Positions 41,016 through 51,105 of a DNA stretch of 64,000 nt are shown piece after piece. The stretch's first letter is position 1, and every line of letters starts with the position of its first letter. The DNA is from an uncultured Chloroflexia bacterium (GTDB lineage: Bacteria; Chloroflexota; Limnocylindria; Limnocylindrales; CSP1-4), in NCBI GenBank assembly GCA_963749705.1, contig CAVVNQ010000003.1:32001-96000 (forward strand), in the 5' to 3' direction. The position numbers and the translations under genes are program-made. Under the pieces are notes generated by a model. That model was not told the DNA's origin and did no database searches. It was given only the letters and a program-made list of their open reading frames with translations.

Positions 41016-42212
41016 GTGCCGAGCACCGTCGATCGGACCTGGGAGGGAGACCCTGGCGCGATGGGCGGGCGCCGAGCGCGCGCCTCGTTCCGCTACCAGG
41101 CATTCGTCCCCGACGAGATCGCGGCGCTCAGCCCCGTCGTCCCGTTCGAGGTGGCCGATGTCTCGGCGGACGCCGAGGCCGCCATCCGGACGCTCAACGA
41201 GCGCGCCTCGGTGGGCGGTCTCGAAGCGATCGGGCCGCTGCTCCTGCGGTCGGAGGCCGTGGCGTCGTCACGGATCGAGGGCTACGACGTCTCGTCGCTC
41301 AACCTCGCCCGGGCGCTCGTCGACCCCCGGGCCGCTCGGGGCATCGCCCGGATCGTCGCCGCGAACGTGTCCGCGATGGAGGAGGCGATCGCGATCGGGG
41401 ACCGCACCGAGCCGGTGACCGTCGCCGACCTGCTGGCGATCCACGCGGTGCTCATGGCAGGCGACGAGCGCGCACGACCCGGCCGCGTGCGCGAGGAGCA
41501 GAACTGGATCGGTGGCCGGCTCGGGAACCCGTCCGACGCGGCCTTCGTGCCGCCGCCAGAGAACCTCGTCCTGCCGCTCCTTGAGGACCTCGTCACGTTC
41601 ATCGCGCGGGACGACCTGCCGGCGGTGGCGCAGGCCGCCGTGGCCCACGCCCAGTTCGAGACCATCCACCCGTTCATCGACGGCAACGGCCGCGTCGGCC
41701 GCGCCCTCGTCCACGTCGTGTTGCGGCGGCGCGGCGTCGCCGCTCGCTTCGTTCCGCCGGTCAGCATCGTCCTGGCGGCCCGCCCTGCCGCCTATGTCGA
41801 GGGGCTGGTCGCGTTCCGAGAAGGCCGCGTGGCCGACTGGATCGGCTCGTTCTCGACCGCTGCGGCCCGTGCCGCGGCCGCGTCGATCGAGCTCGCCGAC
41901 CAGGTTGCCTCGCTCCAGGGCGAGTGGCGCGAGCGCGCCGGTAGGCCGAGGGCCGGATCCGCCGCCAGCAAGGTCATCGCCCTGCTGCCCGCCCTGCCGG
42001 TGCTCTCGGCGCCGACCGCCCGGGCGGCGATCGGCGTCAGCCAGCAGCAGACGCTCGCCGCGCTCAAGGCACTGGCCGGGGCCGGCGTCATCCGCCAGTT
42101 GAGTGCGGGGACCTACGACCGCCAGTACGCGGCGACCGAGCTGTTCGACCTGGTCGGCGCCTACGAGGAGGGGATCGTCGGCCCGGCACGGAGCGCGCGG
42201 CCAACGCCGTAG
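41016..42212 (+). CDS. Fic family protein (class II)
   Basis: HPFIDGNGRVGR catalytic motif; N-terminal inhibitory SSRIEG; GGAGG RBS. Confidence 0.94.
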   Translation: MPSTVDRTWEGDPGAMGGRRARASFRYQAFVPDEIAALSPVVPFEVADVSADAEAAIRTLNERASVGGLEAIGPLLLRSEAVASSRIEGYDVSSLNLARALVDPRAARGIARIVAANVSAMEEAIAIGDRTEPVTVADLLAIHAVLMAGDERARPGRVREEQNWIGGRLGNPSDAAFVPPPENLVLPLLEDLVTFIARDDLPAVAQAAVAHAQFETIHPFIDGNGRVGRALVHVVLRRRGVAARFVPPVSIVLAARPAAYVEGLVAFREGRVADWIGSFSTAAARAAAASIELADQVASLQGEWRERAGRPRAGSAASKVIALLPALPVLSAPTARAAIGVSQQQTLAALKALAGAGVIRQLSAGTYDRQYAATELFDLVGAYEEGIVGPARSARPTP

Positions 42213-42612
42213 GCCAGACTGCGGCGCTTGTCCGGTCGGTCGCGTCCGTGGCCACCCTCGAGTTCACCGCAGCACGTGGGCCGACGTGGGCGCTCACGGA
42301 CGGACGTCGCCGCGCCGCGCACGCACTTCGGGAGCACTGCAGCGGGCAAGCCGGAGCCTGTTCGGCTCGATCTCGTCCGTCGCAGCGCTGCTGCGCCGTC
42401 GTCGTTGCCCCCACCCTCGAACGCGCGCTCGCCGGTGGTGATTGACGGTCGACGGCGACAGTTCCAGGCGGTGGGCGGCGGCCTTCTCCGAGCCGGCGCA
42501 ACGACGGCGCCGACGACACCAACGTCGCGGTCGGTGGCGCGCACGGGCCGCGTCTCGACGGGTTACCGGTCACCTCGTGCGCCAAGGCGGGCGCGGCCGC
42601 CAGGCATTCGGG

Positions 42613-43440
42613 TCACTCGGGCTTCCGCGCGACGATCGCAGCCGTGTCGCCGGGCCAGTCCCAGAAACGGCCGGTTGGCGTCCGAGACTCGAGCAGGCGG
42701 CGCAGATCGGCGACGAAGGCATCGAGGCGAGCACCGAATTGGTACGGGGCCGCGTACGACATCGACAGGTAGCCAGCGATCACGCCGTCGATGTCGCGCG
42801 TGATGTCGGGTCGACCGCGTGCGTAGATGGTCTTCGGCGGGCCGAAGCTGGTGCGCGCGAGCGTCGCCTCGAAACGCTCCGAGCCGAACTCGGTCACGAG
42901 GCGTTGCCCGGATCGACGTTGAGGGCCAAGGTATCGGCTGATGAGCGCTTGCACCTCCTGATCCGGAATTGGCGGATCGCCGGGCCCCGCGGGAGCCACC
43001 GAGGCGGCGGGGTCGTGGACGACGAGGACGATCGCGCCACCGGGTTCGAGCACCCGATAGACGGCGTCCGCGACGGCCTCGCGGTTCGTGCGGTGGAATG
43101 ATTGGCCGAAGGTGGTAACCCGCATCGGCGGCAGATCAAGGTCCGGTACGTCCTCAGCCGTCGCCTGGATGAAATCGATGGCCTCAACGTCGTTCGCTGC
43201 GGCGTGCTCGCGGGCTGCCCCCAGCATGTCCGGGTCAGGCTCCAGTACGGTGACGTGCTCGAAGAGGCCCGCCAGCTGGACCGCGAGCACCCCTGGCCCG
43301 GAACCGACGTCGAGAAGGCGGCCGGTGCCGTCCAGTTCGAGCTCGGCCGCGAGCGCCGCCCCCAGCTCGGCCGAGTAGGGCGGTCGTCCTGTCAGGTAGT
43401 GGCGGGCACTCCCGAGGTATTGCGTCGGGTCGTACTCCAT
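42613..43440 (-). CDS. Class I SAM-dependent methyltransferase
   Basis: Y..GRPPY, LLDVGSGPG, EPD..ML, GQSFH and LEPGG motifs. Confidence 0.9.
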   Translation of the reverse strand: MEYDPTQYLGSARHYLTGRPPYSAELGAALAAELELDGTGRLLDVGSGPGVLAVQLAGLFEHVTVLEPDPDMLGAAREHAAANDVEAIDFIQATAEDVPDLDLPPMRVTTFGQSFHRTNREAVADAVYRVLEPGGAIVLVVHDPAASVAPAGPGDPPIPDQEVQALISRYLGPQRRSGQRLVTEFGSERFEATLARTSFGPPKTIYARGRPDITRDIDGVIAGYLSMSYAAPYQFGARLDAFVADLRRLLESRTPTGRFWDWPGDTAAIVARKPE

Positions 43441-43586
43441 GGGGCGAGTTTGCATGCTCGAACGTGACGTGACATGGCGACATGCCGCGCGCCCACGTCT
43501 TGCGCTTCGCATCCGAGTTGCATGTCGGCACTCACGCCAGCCGCCTCGCTGCAGCCAGCCACTCATCCCGGCCCTCGATCGGGATC

Positions 43587-43631
43587 TCGCAGGTTGCTAA
43601 CGCGCGCCCGACACCTGCCGGGCGCGCCATT
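43587..43631 (+). repeat. Degenerate copy of the tRNA-Arg 3' end (attR-like)
   Basis: CCTGCCGGGCGCGCCATT (43614-43631) matches 40665-40682 at 17/18 positions and is preceded by TCGCAGGTT. Confidence 0.7.
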
Positions 43632-43777
43632 TCAACCTTTTCAGGCAGCGCCAGCGCAAGACCGCGCGCGTAGGCCGCCTGAAGCACGTCTGCCTTCTCG
43701 TTCGACTTCGCCGGGGCTTGAGACCGGGAGCGACGCTTGCACTGACCTTCGGTCCCGCGGAGCGGCCGCCCGGTGGG

Positions 43778-44515
43778 TCACCCTCCGGCGGCCTGGCCGC
43801 CATCGATGTGCAGGATCTCGCCGGTGACGAACGCGGCGCGTTCGAGGTAGAGGATTCCGTCGACGACGTCGGCGATCTCGCCGACCCGACCCAAGGGGTG
43901 AAGCTCGGCCAGCCCCGCGTAGGATGCCGGATCGTGGATCGGGGTCGCGATGACGCCGAGCGAGACGGCGTTGACCCGAACGCCGCGAGACGCATATTCG
44001 ATGGCCAGGGATCGCGTCACGGCCGCCAGGCCGCCTTTGGTCAGCGCCGCCAGCGCTGATGGTCGCTCGCTCTCGGGATGTTCGACGAGGCTGGTCGTGA
44101 TGTTCACGACGTGGCCGCCGCCCTGAATCAGCATCTGCCGGATCGCCCGCTGCGTGACGTAGAAGAAGCCGGCGAGGTTGACCGCGGTAATGGCCTGAAA
44201 ATCGTCCGGCGTATAGTCGGCGAACGGCCTGCCGATGAAGATCCCGGCGTTGTTGATCAGGGTGTCGATCCGGCCAAACCGCTCGACCGCCTGCTCCACG
44301 AGGAGCTCGGCGGTTTCGGCTCGCGAGATGTCACCCTGGACCGTGAGGGTGTCGCGATCGTCGGAGGGGCCGATCGACCGCGCGTTGGCGACAACCGAGT
44401 ACCCGGCCTCGCGGTACGCCGCGACGAGCCCGGCGCCGATGCCCTGAGAGGCTCCGGTGATGACGGCGACTTTGCGGTCCGCGGCCGTCGGATCCGACGG
44501 TTTGATCTGCGTCAC
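43778..44515 (-). CDS. SDR family oxidoreductase
   Basis: TGASQGIG, NNAG and RVNAV motifs; the catalytic Tyr is absent (AALTK). Confidence 0.92.
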   Translation of the reverse strand: MTQIKPSDPTAADRKVAVITGASQGIGAGLVAAYREAGYSVVANARSIGPSDDRDTLTVQGDISRAETAELLVEQAVERFGRIDTLINNAGIFIGRPFADYTPDDFQAITAVNLAGFFYVTQRAIRQMLIQGGGHVVNITTSLVEHPESERPSALAALTKGGLAAVTRSLAIEYASRGVRVNAVSLGVIATPIHDPASYAGLAELHPLGRVGEIADVVDGILYLERAAFVTGEILHIDGGQAAGG

Positions 44516-44958
44516 GTTCCTGGAGGGATGGGCCAGGGCGCGAAGTCCCCGTCCGGGTCTGTGGTCTGCCCCACCTCGATCAGATGCCCGTCGGGATCGC
44601 GGATATAACACCGGATCTCGTACTCGTGCTGTTTCGGCGGCGTCAGGAATTGCGCACCGCGGGCGCTCCACTCCGCGTACACGGCCGCGATGTCCGCGAC
44701 CCGGATGTTGAGGAAGCTGCTGACCCGGTCGGGGTCGCCCGGCGTCTCCAGGGTGACCGTCGGCTTGTCGTCCGTCGGGCCGCCGCCGACGTTGATGATG
44801 ATCCACGTGTTGGCGAGCGCAACGTAGACCGGCCCATTCGAGAAGACCACCCGACCGCCGAGTACTTCAGTGTAGAAACGCCGGGAACGCTCGATGTCAT
44901 CCGAGACGATGAAGTGGGCCAGTGCAATGCCGTCTGGGGGCGGCGAGGAGTCGGCCAT
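44512..44958 (-). CDS. VOC/glyoxalase family protein
   Basis: RFY.EVLG and RDPDGHLIE motifs; AGAGG RBS. Confidence 0.9.
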   Translation of the reverse strand: MADSSPPPDGIALAHFIVSDDIERSRRFYTEVLGGRVVFSNGPVYVALANTWIIINVGGGPTDDKPTVTLETPGDPDRVSSFLNIRVADIAAVYAEWSARGAQFLTPPKQHEYEIRCYIRDPDGHLIEVGQTTDPDGDFAPWPIPPGT

Positions 44959-45284
44959 CTGGCACCTCTCTTGCCGGACTGCTGCGCGTGCGGCATCGTC
45001 GCGGCGATCCGCCTGACGCCGGGCGTGGGGCACCACATCAGGGGACTCGCCGACGAGCTGCTCGTCAAGACTACCCCGGGCGCGTCGGGAAGGTCCCCGA
45101 CAATCGGTGGTTCGAGCGAACGCTGACGACGCTCGATTTGGCGAGCCTTCACACGCTCCGCACACGTCTGTTGCGATGTCCGCGTGTATCGACCGGGCCG
45201 TGCGTCGCGAACACCGTTCCCCGGGAATCGCTGCGCCGAGCGGGACAGCCCCGGGACAGGCGCGGCCCAGTACACAATGCCCGC

Positions 45285-46304
45285 ATGGAGCACACGCCTG
45301 GCGCACTCGACGAGGCCGCATTCGAGCAGTTCGCCGAGACGTCTCGCCGGGAGCTCCAGCTCCACTGCTACCGGATGCTCGGCTCGTTCCACGATGCCGA
45401 GGACGCGGTCCAGGAGGCGTTCCTCCGTGCATGGCGGGGGCGGGAGGCATTCACGGGCCGCGGCTCGGTCCGCGGCTGGCTCCACCGAATCGCGACGAAC
45501 GTCTGCCTGCGGATGCTCGAGCGGCGTGCGATCCGGCGTCGGGTGCTGCCGGAGGTCCTTGGCCCGCCAGTCGGCTTTGAGCCGCTCGGCCACCACACGA
45601 CCGACGTCCCCTGGCTCGAGCCTTACCCGAGCTCGCCGCTCCGGGACAGCGCCGATCCTGCCCGGGACCCCGAGGCCCGCTACGAGGCTCACGAGACGAT
45701 CAGCCTCGCGTTCGTTGCGGCCCTCCAGGCCCTGCCACCCCGACAACGCGCGGCGCTGCTGCTCCGCGATGTGGTCGGTCTCTCGACGATCGAGACGGCC
45801 GCGGTCCTCGAGGCGTCCGCCGCGGCCACGAACAGCGCGCTCCAGCGCGCCCGAGCGACGATCGGGGCACGCTACCCGCGCGGTCAGCCGACCACGCCAC
45901 TCGCTCCCGACCCGGCACAGCAACGTCTCCTCGATCGCTACCTCGAGGCGTGGGACGCCGCCGATGTGGACGGCCTGGTGCGGTTGCTGGCGGCGGACGC
46001 GGCCTGGTCGATGCCACCCTGGCCGCAGTGGTACCGCGGTCGCACCGACATCGGGGCGTTCCTCCGCTGGGCGTGGCGCGACGGGGCGGGCTGCGGCCGC
46101 CTCCTGCCGGCAGGGGCCAACGGCCAGCCCGCATTCGGCTACTACCGCCGCTCGCCCGATAACCCTCGTTGGCGCCAGTTCGCGATCCAGGTGCTCGAGG
46201 TCCACGGCGGCGAGGTGCGGTCGATCACGAACTTCGTCGACGCACGGCTGTTCGAGTCGTTCGCGTTGCCGGCCGAACCGCCGGTGGGACCGGCCGACCG
46301 ATGA
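45285..46304 (+). CDS. ECF sigma factor with C-terminal SnoaL-like domain (SigG/ECF56-like)
   Basis: HCYRMLGS..DAED.VQE, WLEPYP, LPPRQRA.L.LRDV, NSALQRAR and ANGQPA motifs. Confidence 0.93.
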   Translation: MEHTPGALDEAAFEQFAETSRRELQLHCYRMLGSFHDAEDAVQEAFLRAWRGREAFTGRGSVRGWLHRIATNVCLRMLERRAIRRRVLPEVLGPPVGFEPLGHHTTDVPWLEPYPSSPLRDSADPARDPEARYEAHETISLAFVAALQALPPRQRAALLLRDVVGLSTIETAAVLEASAAATNSALQRARATIGARYPRGQPTTPLAPDPAQQRLLDRYLEAWDAADVDGLVRLLAADAAWSMPPWPQWYRGRTDIGAFLRWAWRDGAGCGRLLPAGANGQPAFGYYRRSPDNPRWRQFAIQVLEVHGGEVRSITNFVDARLFESFALPAEPPVGPADR

Positions 46305-46387
46305 ATCGGGAACCGCTCGCGTATCGAGATCGGTAGGACGGCGAATTGCGCCGTCGGAGATCTCGAACGGACAGAGGAGCGTTCCCG

Positions 46388-46792
46388 ATGGCACGAACGG
46401 TGGTCACCCCCAGCCCTGGCTTCATCTCGATTGCGGTCACCGACGTCGAGCGATCCGCAGCCTTCTACGAGCAGTACCTCGGTGCGGTGCGCGACACGTT
46501 CGAGTGGGGTCCCGGCTCGGCGGTGTTCGTGGGCTGGCCCACCGTTGCCCTGAGCGGCGCCCGGCGGCCCGGTCAACCTGGTCCGTCGCCCGAGGCGACG
46601 AGCATCCAGGTCTGGTGGCGGGCGAGCGACGCGCAGGCCCTGTGCGAGGCAGCGCGGGCGGCCGGCGTCCCGATCCTGCGCGAGCCGTTCGATGGCCCGT
46701 TCGGCACGACGTTCACGATGGCGGACCCCGACGGCTACCCGATCACGGTATACGAGCGGGACCAGCCCCTCTTCTGGCCGCCCGTCGGCTGA
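46388..46792 (+). CDS. VOC/glyoxalase family protein
   Basis: V.DVERS.AFY and P.DGPFG..F...DPDGY motifs. Confidence 0.9.
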   Translation: MARTVVTPSPGFISIAVTDVERSAAFYEQYLGAVRDTFEWGPGSAVFVGWPTVALSGARRPGQPGPSPEATSIQVWWRASDAQALCEAARAAGVPILREPFDGPFGTTFTMADPDGYPITVYERDQPLFWPPVG

Positions 46793-47122
46793 GGACCAAC
46801 CCCAGGGGGGCCCGCAGCCAGCCTTGCGATCTGCAAGGTCAGCCCTCGGGCTGAACGGCGCGCAGCCGGAGCAGGGCAAGACCGAGGACCGTGCCGAAGA
46901 AGACCGTGTGGGCCACGATCTGGACGACGGCGTTCGTGCCATCGGGGAACCACGGCCAGCCGGGGTGGCGGCGATCGAGAGCAGGCGAGCCAGGACGGCG
47001 AGGTTGGTGATCGTCCGGGTTCGGTTCAGGAGCTGTGTCAGTGCACGCTTCGGTTCACTTTGTCTGCTCTTGATGCCTGGCAGTCGCGGTTCCTACCCAC
47101 GCATGCGAGCCTCCGTCGAAGC

Positions 47123-47842
47123 TCACGCCACCAGGGCCTGGGTCGTTGGACTGGTCGTCATCACGGCTGTTTGCGTTGGGATTCGCGCGGGCCGCCACGC
47201 CCCGCTCTGCGCGAACTCGCGGGCCTGGGCGATCGCGGAGCGGTGCCCGGCCTTCTTGAGATCCGGGCCCATGTCCATTCCGTTTGCGTGGAACACGTGG
47301 ACGTCGGTGAGCCCGACGAAGCCGAAGATGGCCCGCAGGTAGCTCTCGACGAAGTTGAACGAGGCGTACGGCTCGGTCGTGTAGTCCGAGCCGCTCGAGA
47401 TGACGAGCAGCATCGTCTTGTCCTTGATCAGTCCCTCGACCTGACCGTCGGGTGTGTACCGGAACAGGTAGCCGGGCTGGACGATCGCGTCGATGTAGTA
47501 CTTGAGCGCGTACGGAATGCCCAGGTTCCACATCGGGACCGTCAGGAGGTAGACGTCGGCGGCCATGAACTGCTCGATCGTCTGCTCGATCTGCTTCCAG
47601 GAGTCCTGGGCGTGGTCCTCGATCGCCTGACCGGTCATCAGCCGGTACTTCGACTCGATGTTCTTGCCCGCGACGGAGGGCAGGTCGGCGCGGAACAGGT
47701 CGAGGGTCGTTACGTGGAGGTCCTCGTCCTCCTCGCGGAGCGCCTCGAGCAGGCAGTTCGAGACCCGGGCGGTGTTCGAGGCGAGGCCCCGCGGCGTCGC
47801 GATCACGTGGAGGAGCTGCATGGGCGTGGACAGTGCCGTCAT
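47123..47842 (-). CDS. azoR: FMN-dependent NADH-azoreductase/quinone reductase
   Basis: H..ATPRG..S, PMWN.GIP..LK.YID.I...G..F and YL..IFGF.G motifs. Confidence 0.9.
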   Translation of the reverse strand: MTALSTPMQLLHVIATPRGLASNTARVSNCLLEALREEDEDLHVTTLDLFRADLPSVAGKNIESKYRLMTGQAIEDHAQDSWKQIEQTIEQFMAADVYLLTVPMWNLGIPYALKYYIDAIVQPGYLFRYTPDGQVEGLIKDKTMLLVISSGSDYTTEPYASFNFVESYLRAIFGFVGLTDVHVFHANGMDMGPDLKKAGHRSAIAQAREFAQSGAWRPARIPTQTAVMTTSPTTQALVA

Positions 47843-48166
47843 TTCGCTTCCTTCCTTTCCGTCAGCTCGATGACCCCACCTTGGGCGCGTCGGGCTCGCC
47901 TGCCATCGGTCGTTCGACCGATGGGTGCTCTGCGCCGCGGGGGATTCCGCGACGATCTCGGGCACTCGAACGCCGGGCCCGACGCCTCAGTAGGCCGAGC
48001 GCCAGGCGACCACCGCCCAGGCCGGGCCCCTCAGCCGACGGAGCCAGGTCTGCAGTGCCGCACGGAACAGGAACTCCTCCATGGGTCCGTCGTTCATGAA
48101 GTTGGACGCGAAGCGTCCGAGCAGCCGAACCAGCGACCGCTGGCTCTAGACGAGCGCGATCGCGAA

Positions 48167-49089
48167 CTACGGGCAGGTCACTGCCGCGGTCCCGTCCAAC
48201 TGGCTGCCGTCGGGAGCCTTGAACGTCCCGCCGTACTCGACCGTCGATCCGTCGATCGTGAGCCCGCTCCCGTCTTCGAGGAGGGCCGACGTGTAGTTGC
48301 CATCGCTCGTGTACACGACCACCGCGCCGATCCACCGGCTGCCATCCTGGCGGCCGTCGATCTCGAGCTGGGTGTTGTCGATCGCAAGCCGGTTGATGCG
48401 CACCGTGACCGCCTCGGGCGCGACCTCGCAGGTCACGCTCTGGGCGCCGCTCAGCGCGAACACGTACGTCTGGCCACCGATCGTCGCCGTCGGATCGCCA
48501 CCGCCCGCGGCCGAGCCGCCACCCCCGGCCGAGGCGCAGTTGACCGCGACCCGGGCATCCACCTTGGTCGCGTTCGCGATATCGACGCCCACGATCCGTT
48601 CGACGCTGCCCTCGTAGCTGAGTGCGCCATCCCCGATTCCGAACGTGCCGCCAGCGCGCGTGGACGTCGCGCTGTAGCCGACGTCGCTTCCCTGCCCGGG
48701 CTTGAAGGTGAGGTTCAGGATCCAGGTGTCGCCTTGGGGGGCACCCTGCACCAGCAGATCATGTCCGTCGGCGGTCTGGAAGTTCACGACGACGCGATCG
48801 TCGGCGATCGTGCACACGTAGGCGACCCCGCCGCTCGCGCGGTACTCCAGGCGGTCCCCGTCCACCTCGGCCCACGCGGAGCCGGGATCGGCGGTGAGCG
48901 TCGCCGCGCCGATCGTGCTGCCGCCACCGTCCCCGCCGCCCCACCATCCCTGCCGCCGGTTTCGCCGGGCGTTGGTTGAGGATCGCCGCTACCGTCCGCC
49001 GCGGCCGGGGCATCGACACCCCCGCAGCCCGCGACCACAAGGGCGGCGATCCCTGTCCAGAGTCGGATTCGGGGCGCGATGGTCAGCAT
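48167..49089 (-). pseudogene. Lipoprotein with two similar Cys-containing beta domains, frameshifted at about 48940
   Basis: Lipobox VAGC in one frame; after a G-run (one G missing) the Gly-rich linker continues into the 48167 frame. Confidence 0.65.
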
Positions 49090-49380
49090 CGGGAGGACCT
49101 CCTGTGCAGGCTTGTCCCGAGACGCTGGCTCGGGGCCTCCCGGCATTCCAGCGTAGCCAATGGGTCAACGTCACCCGCTCTTGGCTGCCGGCAGAGCGCA
49201 TCGCCGGCTCGGCCGGATCGGCGCCGTGGATGTGCTCACGCGAGTCAGCGTCCCAGCGATGGCGAGCGTGGCCGGCGGTAGGGGCGTCAGTCCGACAAAC
49301 CGAGCCGACGTCCGGTCGCGCCCACGGCGTCGAAGACCGCCATTACGTGGACCTGGCGGGCCGTGCGGCTGCATCGCCGG

Positions 49381-49424
49381 TTGACAGCGTCAGCCTGTCT
49401 CGCTACCTTGTCATAGAAAGGTAG
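49381..49424 (+). promoter_or_regulatory. sigma70 promoter with PadR-like operator
   Basis: TTGACA-N17-TACCTT; inverted repeat CTACCTT-N8-AAGGTAG overlaps the -10. Confidence 0.7.
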
Positions 49425-49425
49425 T

Positions 49426-49752
49426 GTGATGATCGACGGCTCCAAGCTCGTCGCCCTGCGCAAGGGCCTGCTCGAGTTCCTCATCCTGGGCGTCGTGTCG
49501 GCGGACGTGGTCTATGCGGCCGACATCATCCGGCGCCTGAGCACGACCGATTTCGCGACCCAGGAGGGGACCCTCTACCCCCTGCTGAGCAAGATGCGAC
49601 GAGAGGGCCTGCTCGACTACGAGTGGCAGGAGTCCGCGGCGGGTCCGCCGCGCAAGTACTACCGACTCACCGATCGGGGGCAGGCGCAATTGCGCGAGTT
49701 CCGCGAGTACTGGGCCTCCCTCACGGCCCTCATCGACGACCTCGGGAGGTAG
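49426..49752 (+). CDS. PadR family regulator
   Basis: LRKG.LE, EGTLYPLL and W.ES..GPPRKYY.LT..G motifs. Confidence 0.94.
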   Translation: MMIDGSKLVALRKGLLEFLILGVVSADVVYAADIIRRLSTTDFATQEGTLYPLLSKMRREGLLDYEWQESAAGPPRKYYRLTDRGQAQLREFREYWASLTALIDDLGR

Positions 49753-49757
49753 ACGCC

Positions 49758-50288
49758 ATGCACAAGGTGATCACCATCGACATGGTCGGCCATGCCGATC
49801 CGTATCGCATGCACGAGGATGCGTACGAGGCGCTCAGCAGGTACCTCGACCATGCTCGATCGCGTCTCGCCGATGACCCCGACCAGGCTGAGGTCATGAG
49901 CGACCTCGAGCGTTCGATCGGGGCGAAGCTCACGGATCGCCTTGGACCCGACGATCGAACCATCAACGTCGAGGACGTCACGGCTGTCCTCGAGGAGGTC
50001 GGATCCGTTGGTGTCGATGATGGTCGGCCGCAGGCAGCCCTCGCGGATCGGCCTCGCCGCCGCCGGCTCTACCGGATTCGCGAGGGTCAGCAGATCGCCG
50101 GCGTCTGTACCGGCCTTGCTGCCTACTCCGAGATCCGCATCGACTGGATCCGGATCATCTTCCTTCTCCTCGCGGTCGTCTCGGCTGGCGTGTTCGTCCT
50201 CGTCTATTTCGTTGTTGCCTTCATGCTGCCGGTCGTCCCGACCCGCGAGGCGTGGATCGCGCAGATGAGGGTCGACGAGGAACCCTGA
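49758..50288 (+). CDS. PspC domain-containing protein
   Basis: RLYR.....IAGVC.GLA.Y PspC motif; N-terminal EDAY..L..YL domain typical of PadR-PspC pairs. Confidence 0.9.
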   Translation: MHKVITIDMVGHADPYRMHEDAYEALSRYLDHARSRLADDPDQAEVMSDLERSIGAKLTDRLGPDDRTINVEDVTAVLEEVGSVGVDDGRPQAALADRPRRRRLYRIREGQQIAGVCTGLAAYSEIRIDWIRIIFLLLAVVSAGVFVLVYFVVAFMLPVVPTREAWIAQMRVDEEP

Positions 50289-50350
50289 GCTCGGGCGTGC
50301 ACCACGGGCGAGCCGGCTTCGAGGACTGCACGTCGAGACGATCTCCCCCG

Positions 50351-50950
50351 CTATCCCATGGTCCGGCGCTTCGGTCCGGCGCCCTCCGGGATCTGTCCGT
50401 GAAGGTGCGGGGCGTAGACGAGCTTGATGGTCCGACCATCGAGCACGGTCGACTCGATGAGGTCCAGGTCGAACTCCGCCCCGTCGCGGAAGAGGGACGC
50501 GTATCCGGCGCGGCCCGTGATCGCGGGGAACACCATGACCTCGAGTCGATCGACGAGGCCGGCGGCGAGCAGCGCGCGGTTGAGCGAGATGCTGCCGTGC
50601 GATCGCATCGGGATGTCGGTGGTTCGCTTCAGGCGCTCGATCGCGGTCACCGCATCCTCGTTGAGGACCGTGGAGTTCTGCCACCCGAGCGGCTCCTCGA
50701 GCGTGCTGGAGAACACGATCTTGGGCAGCCTGTTCAGGCTGTCGTAGTAGGGCTCGTCGTACTGGACCACGAACTCCCGGAATCCTCGGAACGTCGTCGC
50801 GCCGAAGACAAGCACCTGCTCTTGCTCGAACGTGTGCACCCGATCGGCGATGAGCTCGGGGCCTTCCTTGCCCCAGTACCCGGGCCAGCCTTCGGCCGAG
50901 CCGTTGCCGTCGAGGCTGCAGAAGAAGTCGACTGTCAAAGTGGTGCTCAT
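50351..50950 (-). CDS. RibD C-terminal/dihydrofolate reductase-like protein
   Basis: SLDG, G..T, K.VFS.TL, W.NS and GS..L...L..AGLVD motifs. Confidence 0.9.
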   Translation of the reverse strand: MSTTLTVDFFCSLDGNGSAEGWPGYWGKEGPELIADRVHTFEQEQVLVFGATTFRGFREFVVQYDEPYYDSLNRLPKIVFSSTLEEPLGWQNSTVLNEDAVTAIERLKRTTDIPMRSHGSISLNRALLAAGLVDRLEVMVFPAITGRAGYASLFRDGAEFDLDLIESTVLDGRTIKLVYAPHLHGQIPEGAGPKRRTMG

Positions 50951-51105
50951 GCTGCTGCTCCCGTGCTCCTCACGTCGTGGCGCCGCCCCTGGCGTGCGGC
51001 CGCTCACATCTCCCACGAACACGTCCGACCAGATCCGACACAGCATGCCGGACGCATGCGAGGCGCTCCACTTCGCGCGCACCCGCAAGCCCACCGGTGG
51101 CTCAG

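Noticed and set aside
46836-47030. Hydrophobic minus-strand stretch (...VVQIVAHTVFFGTVLGLALLRLRAVQPEG*) resembling a membrane-protein C-terminus
   Set aside because: There is no convincing start or recognisable family. It may be a gene remnant but cannot be supported.
47987-48097. 36-aa minus-strand ORF (MNDGPMEEF...) upstream of azoR
   Set aside because: No RBS, promoter or homology cue.
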